Assembly (NCBI RefSeq): GCF_006345805.1
Contig: NC_043013.1
Location: forward strand, 18,042,001-18,106,000
Reading direction: 5' to 3'
DNA length: 64,000 bases
Source of the DNA: Octopus sinensis
Taxonomy: Eukaryota
A program made the position numbers and the translations under genes. Within the stretch, counting starts at the first letter, position 1; each line of letters begins with the position of its first letter. The notes under the pieces are model-generated. The model saw only the letters and a program-made list of their open reading frames with translations. It was not told the origin of the DNA and made no database searches. Shown here piece after piece: positions 54,384 through 64,000 of the stretch.

Positions 54384-57300
54384 TATATACACAACAAGCT
54401 TCTTTTACTGTCTGTCTACCAAATCCACTCACAAGGCTTAGGTCAGCCCAAGGCTATAGTAGAAGACACTTGCCCAAGGTGCCACGCAGTGGGATTGAAC
54501 TGGAACCATGTGGTTGAGAAGCAAACTTCTTACCACACAGCCATGCCTGCACCTATAATAATATGTGTGCATGTGTATGTGTGTATATATATATATATAT
54601 AATTACAGAGAGGCGGGCAGCATATTTATATATACATATATACACACACATATATAGAGTGGAGGAGTAAGATATATATTAATATATAAAGAGATAGATA
54701 GGCAGATATATAGAGCTATTAAATAACACTGGCAGGAATTGAATTAGCCTTGAATTGGGACATGGTTACCCCCACCTACCTACCTACCTACCTATCTATC
54801 TATAAATGCAAACATTTTTTTATCAGTACAAATAAAAGATATTTGTGTGAGTGTTTGCATGTGTATATACTGATATCTGTAACCCAGTTCTTAGGAGTGT
54901 TATTTCTATTCACTCAGTGACATTTCAGATATCAATACATAAAGATATGATTGGTCAACATTATTTGACCCAGTTCTTTTGCAAATCTTATACAACAGCT
55001 ACAAATGCTATGGTTAAGAAATAAAGCTACTTCCAAGGCATCTCTTGACTTGCTATACGTAGCAGCATAGAAATCCAGTTAACAACCCTTCCTTAAAGTT
55101 TTAAAAATAGGGGCTATGAAGTAACGAAGTGGGGGTTTTATAGCAACTAAATCTTCATCAATAAACCCCCCTCCAACTATTTTTAAGATAAAGAATAGCC
55201 ATGGCAATGTGGGGTACAGAGTTTGCTTCATAACCATGTGGTTTGAAGTTCTATTCTACTTATGGTCACCTTGGGCAAGTGACTTGTATTACAACCTTGG
55301 GTCAAACGCCTTGTGAGCAGAATCAAAAGACAGAAACTGTATGGAAGTCTGTCATATATGTGTGTACATGTGTGGTGTGTGTGTGTGTGTGTGTGCATGT
55401 ATGCACCCAGTGCACTGTAATGTGGTTGGTGATGGGAAGGGCATCCAGCTGTGGAAACCAAGCCAAATAAAAGTAATGGATGCCCAGTTTTTCAAAAGAG
55501 ACAATGATCTTTAAAAGTTTCGATAAAGTTTTGTCAGAATTAAATTTGAAGTTGTTTATAGCTTGGGTAATCTTTCCTTTCAGGTTGTTTTTAATTCTAC
55601 AATTGTATTGAAATGTATTCAATGGAAATTGTTGTTGTGATACCAGTGCCAGTGGCACGTAAAAAGCACCATCCGAACGTAGCCATTGCCAGTGCTGCCT
55701 TAACTGGCTTCCATGCTGACGGCATGTAAAATGCACCAATCAATCATGGCCGTTGCCAGCCTCTCCTGGCACCTGTGCCACATAAAAGACACCCACTACA
55801 CTCACAGAGTGGTAGGCGTTAGGAAGGGTATCCAGCTGTAGAAACACTGCCAGATCAGACTGGAGCCTGGTGCAACCTCCTGACTTCCCAGACCCCGGCT
55901 GAACCGTCCAACCCATGCTAGCATGGAAAACGGACGTTAAACGATGATGATGATGTACATACTGAGTGGGGTTTGCCATTTTCGTAAATTGTTTTGAGAC
56001 ATTACCGGACGTACTTCTTTATGCGTGTATTGTTACAATGTTGTGTTTATATAAATATTTTATATATAGAGATATGTTAAGATGCATATATCGTTTATAT
56101 AAATATGCTGGAATATATGTAATGTTCAAAACACTTACAAAGAAATATCTGTATGCAATCTTACTGCACTCTGTAGCTCAACTTTTCCAATATTTAGCAC
56201 GTTGCCTTCATATGAGCAATAATTACACATGTCTGAGTATCGGACTGACCATAACTGTTACCATGTATGTGAGTTTGTGTGTGCATGCATATGATCTTGC
56301 AATGCTTGTCATTGGAACCTGCTATGAAGATTGCAAGAATGGCAAACGGCTTGTACAAGCTTTTGTCACTTAAATCCAGTGATGTACAGATATCTCACTT
56401 TTATTTCATTTCTTGATCCATTTTGTATTTTATAAAGTCCTATATAGTTATGGATGTATGGTGTGAAAAGTTATATCCATGCACATGTAAAAACGAAAAT
56501 AAATCAGAACAGTCAGGCTGAATGTGAAATAGCTGTCATCTGACAAAATGAGGGAATCATCACATATTTGTGTATTGAAATTTTCTGTATTTTCGCAAGA
56601 CTATCAGTAAAAAAAAAAAACCACATACTGATATGATGGTTATCTTCCCTGTGACAATATGTCCCATATCTCCACCCTTTCCAAGACTAGTGGATTAAAA
56701 AAAAAAAACCCTTACTTGTCAAACAGGTAAGAGTTAGTGACTGGGAGAGCGTCCAGCTGTAAGATACTGTCTCAAATAAGAATCTATTCAATCCATGCCA
56801 GCATAAAAATATGAATTTAAAACAAATGAATGAACTATACTAGCCAGTAAGGTAGCCTCTTATGAAATTATCTGATCTGTAGACTATAGCACTTAAATCT
56901 CCCTCTACAAATATCCTGCAGCTGGTTTTTATAACAGGGAGCGCAGTAAACAGCTAGGGAGCATCCTTGTTTTAAATTCACCTGTTCTTTGACCTCTGAA
57001 CCCACCTTTAAACTCTACATTGTATAACCACCCACATTACTTTGGATATATATTTTTGTCTCAAATTAAATTGTCATCTTTGGAACAAGAGCCACATATG
57101 TTCTGCTGAATTAGCTTATGCTTGTTTAGTAGGATCACTTTACTAATAAAATCCTCATGACCAACCTTGACTTCTTTTAACATGCGGAGTATGAATTAAC
57201 GAAGAGCTTTCTATAAGCAGCCAAACCCTTATCACAGACTCCTGATTTTTCTTTCTTAAAATAATATCACGAACTACTGAAGGGTTTTCTTTAAGCAACT

Positions 57301-58679
57301 AAATCGTGGTGCATGTCGTTTACCATGTTGTACTTGATTGAGAGTAAAGGCCAAGATATAACTAATACACAAATATCTTTGTAATTACTTTAATTAATAA
57401 TTTTTTTTTTCTGCTAGTTTCAGCTCAGAGCTGCGGCCATGCTGATGCACCGCTGTTTTGTGCTACACTGTTAACTAAGAGCCTCCTCTAATATGTGGCA
57501 CTTGGTGAAGAATGGAGTTTGATATAGCTACCCTCATTTGCACCTCTTGCCGTGAGGTAGGTTCATCTGGGACTCTCGACAGGAAGAGGTCCAGTTTTGA
57601 TTTAAAAAGCCCTACATCTACTTTGTGCAATTATTATAATTAATATTTAAATAGGCTTACCCTGCCTGGATACTTTTTCATGCCTGCAACAGGACTTGAA
57701 CTGAAAAAGAAAAAAAAAAAGAATGATTAAATGGAAGATAATGAAAAGTGAACATTGTGTTAATTAGGGGTGGATAGTGGGTTCATGACCTCTGCATGCT
57801 AACATACTAAGGGCAATGAAAATGAACAGTGTGATAATTAAGGGTGGATAGTTGGTCCATCAGCACTGCAGACTCACATACTAAATACAAAAAATAGGTG
57901 GAGTAGGTGTGGTAAACAAAGAGTAAAGAGGCTATTGTGGTCTTGCTGAGAACATGACAACCTCTCTAGTGCTGATGCCATGAAAAAACATGTACTCAGT
58001 ATACTCTGTACAATGGATGGTGTCAGGAAGGGCATCCAGGCATACAAACTATGTTGTTAATGGTGTGTAGGACCAAGATGTAATACTCCAGTCTTTCTAG
58101 GAAGGCAGTAACTCCATATAAGAAGTGATGTGGATTAGAATGATTTGTTCAACCCAGGATAGCATAGAAAATGGACATAAAATGATGTGGATTATACAGA
58201 ATGTCTTTTTAATATAGTAGGATATCATTTAAAGGAGACTTAGCTGCTATTTCTGGCAGGTCAAACAGCCATATAATGGCTCATTAGTTGGCTTGTGGTT
58301 CAATAGGGTTATGGCAAACATACAGGCAATAATTGAAGAAGTATGTTAGGAGTATGACAAACAGACAGAATTAATTGAAGTGATACGTTAGGCCAACAGT
58401 AAACATAGAGACATTAGCTGCAGAAGTATGTTGATATTATGGTAAACAGTATTATGGCAATTTGAAAAGCACATTAGGATTACCACAATCAGACAAACAT
58501 TAGTTGAAAAGCTAGGTTACCAAGGCTTAGCAATGAGATGCTCATTCTGTGACATTGACCCAACGACGGAAACTGAGCAGGGAACTGCTTGTTTCACTTC
58601 CTCTGGGCTGCTGGGAGATGCTGAAATCATACATATTCCTTCATCTTTATCAGGTGTGGACGGAGTAGTAGTAGGGGCT
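28260..58679 (-). CDS. GRAMD2: GRAM domain-containing protein, GRAMD2-like (GRAM + TM + coiled coil, no VASt); 12 coding exons in window, 5' end beyond window
   Basis: Twelve AG..GT-bounded exons join with compatible phases (2-2,2-0,0-1,1-0,0-0,0-0,0-0,0-2,2-2,2-2,2-0,0-stop) into one ORF of 1402 nt. It contains the GRAM core [87 protein letters not shown]. The GRAMD2 rather than GRAMD1 call rests on the absence of a VASt-sized domain between GRAM and TM. Confidence 0.9.
28677..29320 (+). mobile_element. Tc1-like transposase pseudogene, 3'-truncated, in last intron of the GRAMD2-like gene
   Basis: [40 protein letters not shown]; [12 protein letters not shown] (first D); [18 protein letters not shown]; stop and frameshifts. 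Confidence 0.92.
30110..30520 (+). mobile_element. RTE LINE 3' fragment, degenerate
   Basis: [20 protein letters not shown]-terminal motif; similar fragments at about 43180-43380 and 17200-17560. Confidence 0.7.
30933..31083. repeat. Fold-back inverted duplication (about 67-bp arms, 14-nt spacer)
   Basis: Arms are exact reverse complements except for one CAT unit; each arm spans a SINE-B fragment plus (TA)n plus (CAT)n. Confidence 0.92.
31518..31623 (-). CDS. GRAMD2: GRAMD2-like exon K ([35 protein letters not shown]), coiled coil
   Basis: catttcag acceptor, gtgagt donor; L.ANI..LE resembles the GRAMD2 C-terminal helix; phase 2-0. Confidence 0.9.
32959..33069 (-). CDS. GRAMD2: GRAMD2-like exon J ([37 protein letters not shown]), TM end and luminal helix
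   Basis: tctcttccag acceptor, AG|gtaaac donor; TM followed by YK...L pattern as in GRAMD proteins; phase 2-2. Confidence 0.9.
33815..34105 (+). mobile_element. Possible Helentron-associated (HINE/DINE-like) non-autonomous element
   Basis: GGATTTGGATGAAACTTTCAGG motif and terminal stem GCACTCTCTGAGTGC followed by TTGTT. Confidence 0.35.
34613..34654 (-). CDS. GRAMD2: GRAMD2-like exon I ([14 protein letters not shown]), first half of TM
   Basis: gatttcag acceptor, gtaagt donor; 42 nt, phase 2-2; hydrophobic. Confidence 0.88.
35935..36182. repeat. Degenerate about 26-30-bp minisatellite overlapping the exon H donor
   Basis: About 7 units of (plus) GAGGTACATACACTGTGACA..; the unit at 36154-36180 contains the AG|GT junction. 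Confidence 0.75.
36161..36540 (-). CDS. GRAMD2: GRAMD2-like exon H, linker ([15 protein letters not shown]...[20 protein letters not shown])
   Basis: tctttcag acceptor; in frame with track ORF 35887-36522; donor AG|gtacct gives phase 2 matching exon I. A weaker phase-2 donor 30 nt earlier (exon end 36191) is also possible. Confidence 0.8.
37221..37268 (-). CDS. GRAMD2: GRAMD2-like exon G ([16 protein letters not shown])
   Basis: cttttgcag acceptor, gtaagt donor; 48 nt, phase 0-0. Confidence 0.8.
37760..38378 (-). mobile_element. CR1-clade LINE 3' end (5'-truncated) with (TTA)n tail
   Basis: [31 protein letters not shown] / DL..T.KI..TRGH..K..RKHFF..RV..AWN.LP motifs; one frameshift. Confidence 0.92.
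38685..38762 (-). CDS. GRAMD2: GRAMD2-like exon F ([26 protein letters not shown]), end of GRAM/PH fold
   Basis: tttgtttcag acceptor, gtacgt donor; F.S..SRD..Y motif; phase 0-0. Confidence 0.95.
39195..39840 (-). mobile_element. Head-to-tail SINE-A array (3 copies separated by (AAT)n/(AAC)n)
   Basis: Same core and junction pattern as 19290-20940. Confidence 0.8.
42323..42600 (-). mobile_element. SINE family B ((GAT)n tail) with a 15-bp tandem expansion (GACAGCAGCCTGCCA x5, 42392-42466)
   Basis: Family core GGCGTTAGGAAGGGCATCCAGC..CCCATGCTAGCATGGAAA; other copies at 7263-7580, 31725-32000, 46575-46905, 49050-49320, 55635-55955 and 62865-63232. Confidence 0.85.
44048..44143 (-). CDS. GRAMD2: GRAMD2-like exon E ([32 protein letters not shown])
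   Basis: ctttcag acceptor, gtaaga donor; TKEKTA..IPNAI GRAM motif; phase 0-0. Confidence 0.97.
45207..45310 (-). CDS. GRAMD2: GRAMD2-like exon D ([35 protein letters not shown])
   Basis: ttcttacag acceptor, gtaagt donor; YSCA...DILLQG.LY.S..W.CFYS GRAM signature; phase 1-0. Confidence 0.97.
47747..47971. mobile_element. piggyBac-type MITE copy 1
   Basis: TTAA|CCCTTTTGTTAC...GGTAATGAAAGAAAGGG|TTAA. Confidence 0.85.
48003..48224. mobile_element. piggyBac-type MITE copy 2
   Basis: TGAA|CCCTTTTGTTACC...GGTAACGAAAGGG|TTAA; internal sequence highly similar to copy 1. Confidence 0.85.
53478..53574 (-). CDS. GRAMD2: GRAMD2-like exon C ([32 protein letters not shown]), start of GRAM
   Basis: ttttccag acceptor, gtaagt donor; FHKLF..VP..E.L motif of GRAMD1/2 GRAM N-terminus; phase 0-1. 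Confidence 0.95.
53646..53937. repeat. Inverted SINE-B pair forming an about 130-bp stem with a 22-nt loop
   Basis: Arms differ by 4 substitutions and 1 indel over about 88 nt of SINE sequence, and both extend into matching (CAT)n-GTAT-(TA)n flanks. Confidence 0.9.
57661..57700 (-). CDS. GRAMD2: GRAMD2-like exon B, 40-nt small exon ([14 protein letters not shown])
   Basis: Long polypyrimidine tract + cag, donor AGG|gtaagc; phase 2-0 exactly bridges exon A to exon C. Confidence 0.8.
58521..58679 (-). CDS. GRAMD2: GRAMD2-like exon A ([53 protein letters not shown])
   Basis: tttttcag acceptor and gtaacc donor; only one open frame; 159 nt, phase 2-2; low-complexity N-terminal region. Confidence 0.8.
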
Positions 58680-60222
58680 CTGAAAAAGGATTGGAAAATA
58701 AAAGATAATTAATAAAAAAATTAAAAAAAGAAAAGAAAAAGAAAAATTAAACAAATGAACGAAATATTTTAAAAATTTGTTCTGGTTTTGTCCCAGCTCT
58801 GAAAGGATAGATTTATGATCAAAAGGTATTCTGAGTACATCTCTTTTACTCAGAGTGTATCTAGGACTACATTATCTGATGTGCTCTTCCTTTCCATAGT
58901 TAGTGTTTAGCATTAGGTCAGCCCTGTAGCAGATATCTAATTAAATATGGTCCAGCCTTCTTTTGTAAAGACTAGAGTGTGACTTGATGGAGACTTGGCT
59001 GCTATTTCAAGTAAGTCACATAACCACGTAAAGGTTTCTCCAGGAGTTTGTTGTATAATACAACCAGATCAGACACTTTGCTAAAGGTTGGGGAGGTGTA
59101 CAGTCAAATTAGATGATCTCAGTAAGTTCCTTAGTACTCATAACATCCATTCTACCAGGATGAGTGGAGAAGTGGATATTAGCACAAACAGTCTTGTCAT
59201 TAAGAAATTTGCTGTGAGGAAATGTTTGATCACATTATGTAACAACACTTTAAAGAGTATCTTCAATAGTAAAGCACCAGGTTGACCAATGTCCTGTCAG
59301 GGGAATTGGATAAATGGAAACTTAGTGGAGGCCCACCATATATCAATAATTTGCTTTTACATCATTTTCCCATGTGAAAATGTACCGGATGTAAACATTA
59401 TACAGACATACGATAAGTTTCCTAACAGCCTCCATCTAATAAATTCACTCACAAAATTAGAGATGTTTCACTAAATACATTGATTGTAGCCAAGTGTAAT
59501 TCTTTTTATATTAAAATTTTCATGTTCTTTTTATTATTTTTTTTACAGTTATTTTGGTGGATGAGCCTATATGAATTCAATCTGCATATGAGAAACAATG
59601 TAAATGCCAAATCCATTCAATTCTTGAAAACGAGACTGAAGTTCTGGAAACTGAAATTTATTGTACCAAAAACTACCTGTAAAAAAACAAAAAAAACTAA
59701 GAAAAAAGCAATAATATAAAATATGAATGATAAAAAAAAGCATGTATTTAATGAATAAAAGAAAAGCTGTTCTCCATATATATGAAATATTGATGTACGA
59801 GCAGTGTTTATTTTTCATTCTAAAGTTTAGTATGGTGCATACCCAAAAATCAGAATCATCTTTGCATTTGTAAGTTAATAAGATAAATGCATTAAATATA
59901 TCAGGAACATGAATCAACCATAAACATGTCATGTTTATTATAGAAGCCCCACTTTGGACGCTACAAGAGGGATTGGCTGGACGCCACTGTTTCTGGTTTG
60001 TTGACCTTCATCAGCAACCAAATATCTTTACATTCACCACTGCTGTTAAATTTTATTTAAAGTTACAGTTACTACATCTATAACTAAATCACAGAGGTTG
60101 ACTTGAATATTAGAGATATTTTCATTTGTCAATTCTGTTACACACACACACACACACACATGTATGAGTGAGTGGACAAACAAAAGAAAGAGGCACTCAA
60201 AACATTAAGTAGCAGTTACACA

Positions 60223-60726
60223 TCTATATATATAAAACTGTAGTTGTGTGAGTGTCTGTCCCCTTCGATTTAGATTCCTAACTCCTCCCACATTTTGCGG
60301 TGCAGTTTAACCAAATTCGGGTATCTTATAGTCGTGATTCATATCAAGCCCGTCTGAGTATTAGCGCGCGTCTACGATGAGTCTACAATTTAAAAAATAA
60401 TTTAACATCATTTTTTATTCCATTTTAATGCATAATTTTTCGTGTGTCGATGGCGGCGGAGTTGGCGTCCATGGTCACACCTGCACCTGTTTGCTTCTCC
60501 CCTCCCTCGTGAAGCTGTGGGGAAGGGAGTGTAAGGAAATCAACGTTGTAAAGCGTTGTCAAGGAGACCAGCGTTCTTTTAGAACAATGACTTCATGGCT
60601 TGAAGACACCAAAACAGAAATGGCTAAGAAAGCCCGAATTGGCATCTATAAGGGAAGTAACTCTCTAAAAATGCTTATATAGTTATTTCCCTTACAAACC
60701 CGAGCAACGCCGGGCGATACTGCTAG
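60223..60726 (+). mobile_element. Non-autonomous Helitron with about 200-bp extra internal segment
   Basis: A|TC...CCCGAGCAACGCCGGG...CTAG|T; colinear with 10820-11216 except 60443-60646. Confidence 0.9.
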
Positions 60727-61589
60727 TTATAATTTAAAACAGTTTGATTTGGCTCCCTGTAACTTAAGGATCCTGTGACAGGCCTATCAAACTGTTTTAA
60801 ATAACAATAATCTTGCTATAATGGGCGTTATATCTGTCTGCCTGTTTCCTCTTCACGGTCAAACAGCTGGACCAATGGTCAGGATGTTTATCGGGATTGC
60901 AAAGGAGGTAATCAGGAGGAATTTTAGCAAAAAAAAAAATGTGGAAAAAGTATGATTATTTAGTGGATATTGAGTTCTGTATTAATAAATCATCTTTGAT
61001 ATTTTTTTGTCAAAATTCCAGTGACGAGGATTAACTCTGGATTTCCCCCTTGCACAGTTTGTGAATTTAGAGGGTTTAGATTTGCAATACTATCCCTTTA
61101 TTTCCCATCATAGATGGGCAGATTTGCTATCTTACTATAATTGGTGTTATGTCCGTCTGTCTGTCTCTTTGTCTGTTCCCTCTTCACAGCCAGACGGCTG
61201 GACCAATGGTGACAATATTTTTGGAGATTACAAAGACAGTTGTCAGGAAGGTTTTTAGCATTAAAAAATTGATAAACTTCCTTTGCCTTTTTATCAAAAA
61301 TTCACCGACCACGAGTAAGTCTGGATTTTTATTGTGGCTCCATTGTAGATACTAAAGGGGTCTTGAGTACAGTTAATAGCAAAAATAAAATGGAAAAAGT
61401 GTGTGTGCTTATTTAGTGGTTATTGAAGTGTGTCAGTCTCAAGTAGGATTCGAAATGGCTAATCAAAGCAGTTTTGTCAATCAAAATAACCCATGGTACC
61501 AGAACATCCAGACATTATTCACATGTAACAGTGAGAGGTAAGTCTTACTTTGATTTTTTGCAACCCTAGAGATTCTGCTCACACATTCA

Positions 61590-61770
61590 CAAGAAACAAG
61601 GCAAAGGGCAAACTTTAGATCGTGTAGGTGTATTTTTACCCACTCCGATGTTTACATACAGCCAGTTATACGTTGCTATGAGTAGAGCAATGGACTCCAG
61701 TAATTTGAAAATCAGTGTCGACCAAACAGAAGATATTGTCTACAAAGAGTATTTGTTATTGATATTATCA
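61590..61770 (+). mobile_element. Helitron RepHel PIF1-helicase C-terminal remnant
   Basis: KGQTLDRVGVFLPTPMFTYSQLYVAMSRAMDSSNLKISVDQTEDIVYKEYL matches the QGQTL..VG..L..P.F.HGQLYVA.SR...NIVY.E pattern. Helitron-like 5' ends with GTCTGT microsatellites lie at about 60810 and 61128. Confidence 0.85.
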
Positions 61771-62110
61771 AAAGGAATATGAGTCATAATTTGAATAAGG
61801 AAATTTGTGAACTTTGAATGTATAAGAGTATAAACAAGCGTAAAATAGTGTAAAAAAAAACATTGGATTGATTTCTAGAGTGGGAGGTGCTTTGTGTTCT
61901 TGAGCAGAGCTTCACTTCATTTCATGTTGCCCCAGTCCACTCAGCTGTAAATGGATAACTCTGTGACAGAATAAGAATAGCCTTTTAGTCAGGAGGACTG
62001 TTGGCCTACTTGCCCGGTCAGCAGGGAGGCATCATTCGAAAGCTAAAACAATGCAAAGCACATTGTGACCAGCAATGTATAACAACATCTAATAGTCTGT
62101 TCAACACAGT

Positions 62111-62148
<38 letters not shown>

Positions 62149-62150
<2 letters not shown>

Positions 62151-62319
62151 TGCAGGAGTGGCTGTGTGGTAAGTAGCTTGCTAACCAACCACATGGTTCC
62201 GGGTTCAGTCCCACTGCGTGGCATCTTGGGCAAGTGTCTTCTGCTATAGCCCTGGTCCGACCAATGCCTTGTGAGTGGATTTGGTAGACGGAAACTGAAA
62301 GAAGCCTGTCGCATATATG

Positions 62320-62350
<31 letters not shown>

Positions 62351-62553
62351 TTGTGTGTCTGTGTTTGTCTCCCTAGCATTGCTTGACAACCGATGCTGGT
62401 GTGTTTACGTCCCCGTCACTTAGCGGTTCGGCAAAAGAGACCGATAGAATAAGTACTGGGCTTACAAAGAATAAGTCCCGGGGTCGATTTGCTCGACTAA
62501 AGGCGGTGCTCCAGCATGGCCGCAGTCAACTGACTGAAACAAGTAAAAGAGTA
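62149..62553 (+). mobile_element. SINE family C, full length, young-looking
   Basis: Intact head, internal microsatellite and tail; CpGs retained. Confidence 0.85.
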
Positions 62554-64000
62554 TATATTGATATTATCTAAAGGAATATGATTCATAATTTAAATAAGGA
62601 AATTTGTGAACTTTGAATGTATAAGATTATAAGGTTTACATAATGGATGCGTTTCCTATTGTATAATCATGTAAACCTGAAACGTGCGTATTAAATGATT
62701 TCAAAGTATCACCATTTGGTTTGACTCTATTATTACAACAAATATTTTGACTTCACATATCCTGAAAACAATTTAGAGTAGTTTTTGACTCAAAAATTCT
62801 AGTACTGTGCACTGTTTCCTAGTATAACATTATATATAATGTTGCCCCAGAATCGAAATCGATCAATGGAAATTGCAGATGTGTTACCAGTGCCGGTGGC
62901 ATGTAAGAGAACCTTCCGTTTCGCGACCGTTGCCAGCACCGCCCCGTTTTGTGTCCGTTGCCAGCCTCGCCTGGCCCTCGTGCGGGTGGCACATAAAAAG
63001 CACCATCCGTTCATGGCCGTTTGCCAGCTCTGTCTGGCACCTGTGCGGGTGGCACGTAAAAAGCATCCACTACACTCACGGAGTGGTTGGCGTTAGGAAG
63101 GGCATCCAGCCGTAGAAACACTGCCAGATTTGACTGGGCCTGATGAAGCCTTCTGGCTTCACAGACCCCAGTAGAACCGTCCAACCCATGCTAGCATGGA
63201 AAACGGACGCTAAACGATGATGATGATGATATATATTCATTTAATGTCTTTGTTCTATGCTGGTATGGTTGGACAGTTTGACAGTTTCTCTGATGTGACT
63301 AAAGATTACATTGTGTTCCAATGTCTGCTTTGGCATGGTTTCCATGGCTGGATGTCCTTCCTAATGCTAATCCCTTTACAGTGTGTACTGGGTGCTTTTT
63401 CCGTGGCACCAGCACCAGTAAGGTCACCATGCAGCCGACAAAACTAAGATCCACATCAACTGAGTGGGGCTACAACAGAGACAGCTTTATGCTAGGAGAT
63501 GGCTTCAAGTGTGTGAGAAGGGTCAAAACTGAGTTGATTGTTTTGCCATAAGAGCTACATGGCTACTTACATTATAGAAAAGAGAGTGTGACCAAAGAGT
63601 GTAGTGATGAGGTGTCAGGATGGACCCTCAAAGTATGAGGTGAGTAGAAATGAATGAAAACGGGAAAACAGGGAGTGCATGTGGGTAGAGCTTGTCAGAG
63701 TGTACGAGAGAGTGAGAGATGGGGAATGGGTCAGGGGTGATTATGGTGAAGAACAAGTGTTGGAAGATGCTAAGTAGGGAAGCAAGAAGGAGTAAGTGAC
63801 ATATGGCTGTGTGGTAAGAAACTTGCTTCCTAACCTCATGATTCCAGATTCAGCCCTACTGTGTGGCACGTTGGGAAGTGTCTTCAGCTATGGGTTTGGG
63901 CTGACCAAATCCTTCTGAGTGGATTTGGTAGATGCAAACTGAAGGAAACCCATTGTTTATGTATGTGTGTGTGTGTGTGTGTCAGGTCTTTTTGTCTGTG

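Noticed and set aside
55966-56373. 135-aa plus-strand ORF ([10 protein letters not shown]..)
   Set aside because: No recognisable domain, AT-rich Y/I/L composition, no supporting splice structure; compatible with chance.

Overview
AT-rich, repeat-dense metazoan genomic DNA. The SINE families, RTE/CR1 LINE remnants and abundant microsatellites look like an octopus (coleoid cephalopod) genome; this is an inference from repeat style. The main feature is a minus-strand, multi-exon GRAM-domain gene of the GRAMD2 type (GRAM, Ser/Thr/Lys-rich linker, single TM, coiled coil; no VASt domain). I reconstructed 12 phase-compatible coding exons (58679 down to 28260, about 466 codons); the 5' exons lie beyond 64000. 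At the left end is a decayed minus-strand ankyrin+RING gene (2666-6551) with an intact-looking first exon and a CRE/CCAAT promoter; its intron 1 holds a Merlin (IS1595-like) transposon derivative. The rest is TEs: Tc1/mariner, a Tc2/Tigger-like MITE, piggyBac MITEs, Helitrons, RTE and CR1 LINEs, and several SINE families. Structural oddities include several local fold-back palindromes, a two-donor templated insertion inside a SINE, head-to-tail SINE arrays, and a minisatellite grown from a splice donor that keeps the reading frame open. I see no prokaryotic system, CRISPR array or rRNA. Most ORF-track entries are microsatellite or SINE artefacts. Repeat boundaries are approximate; exon boundaries were read base by base.
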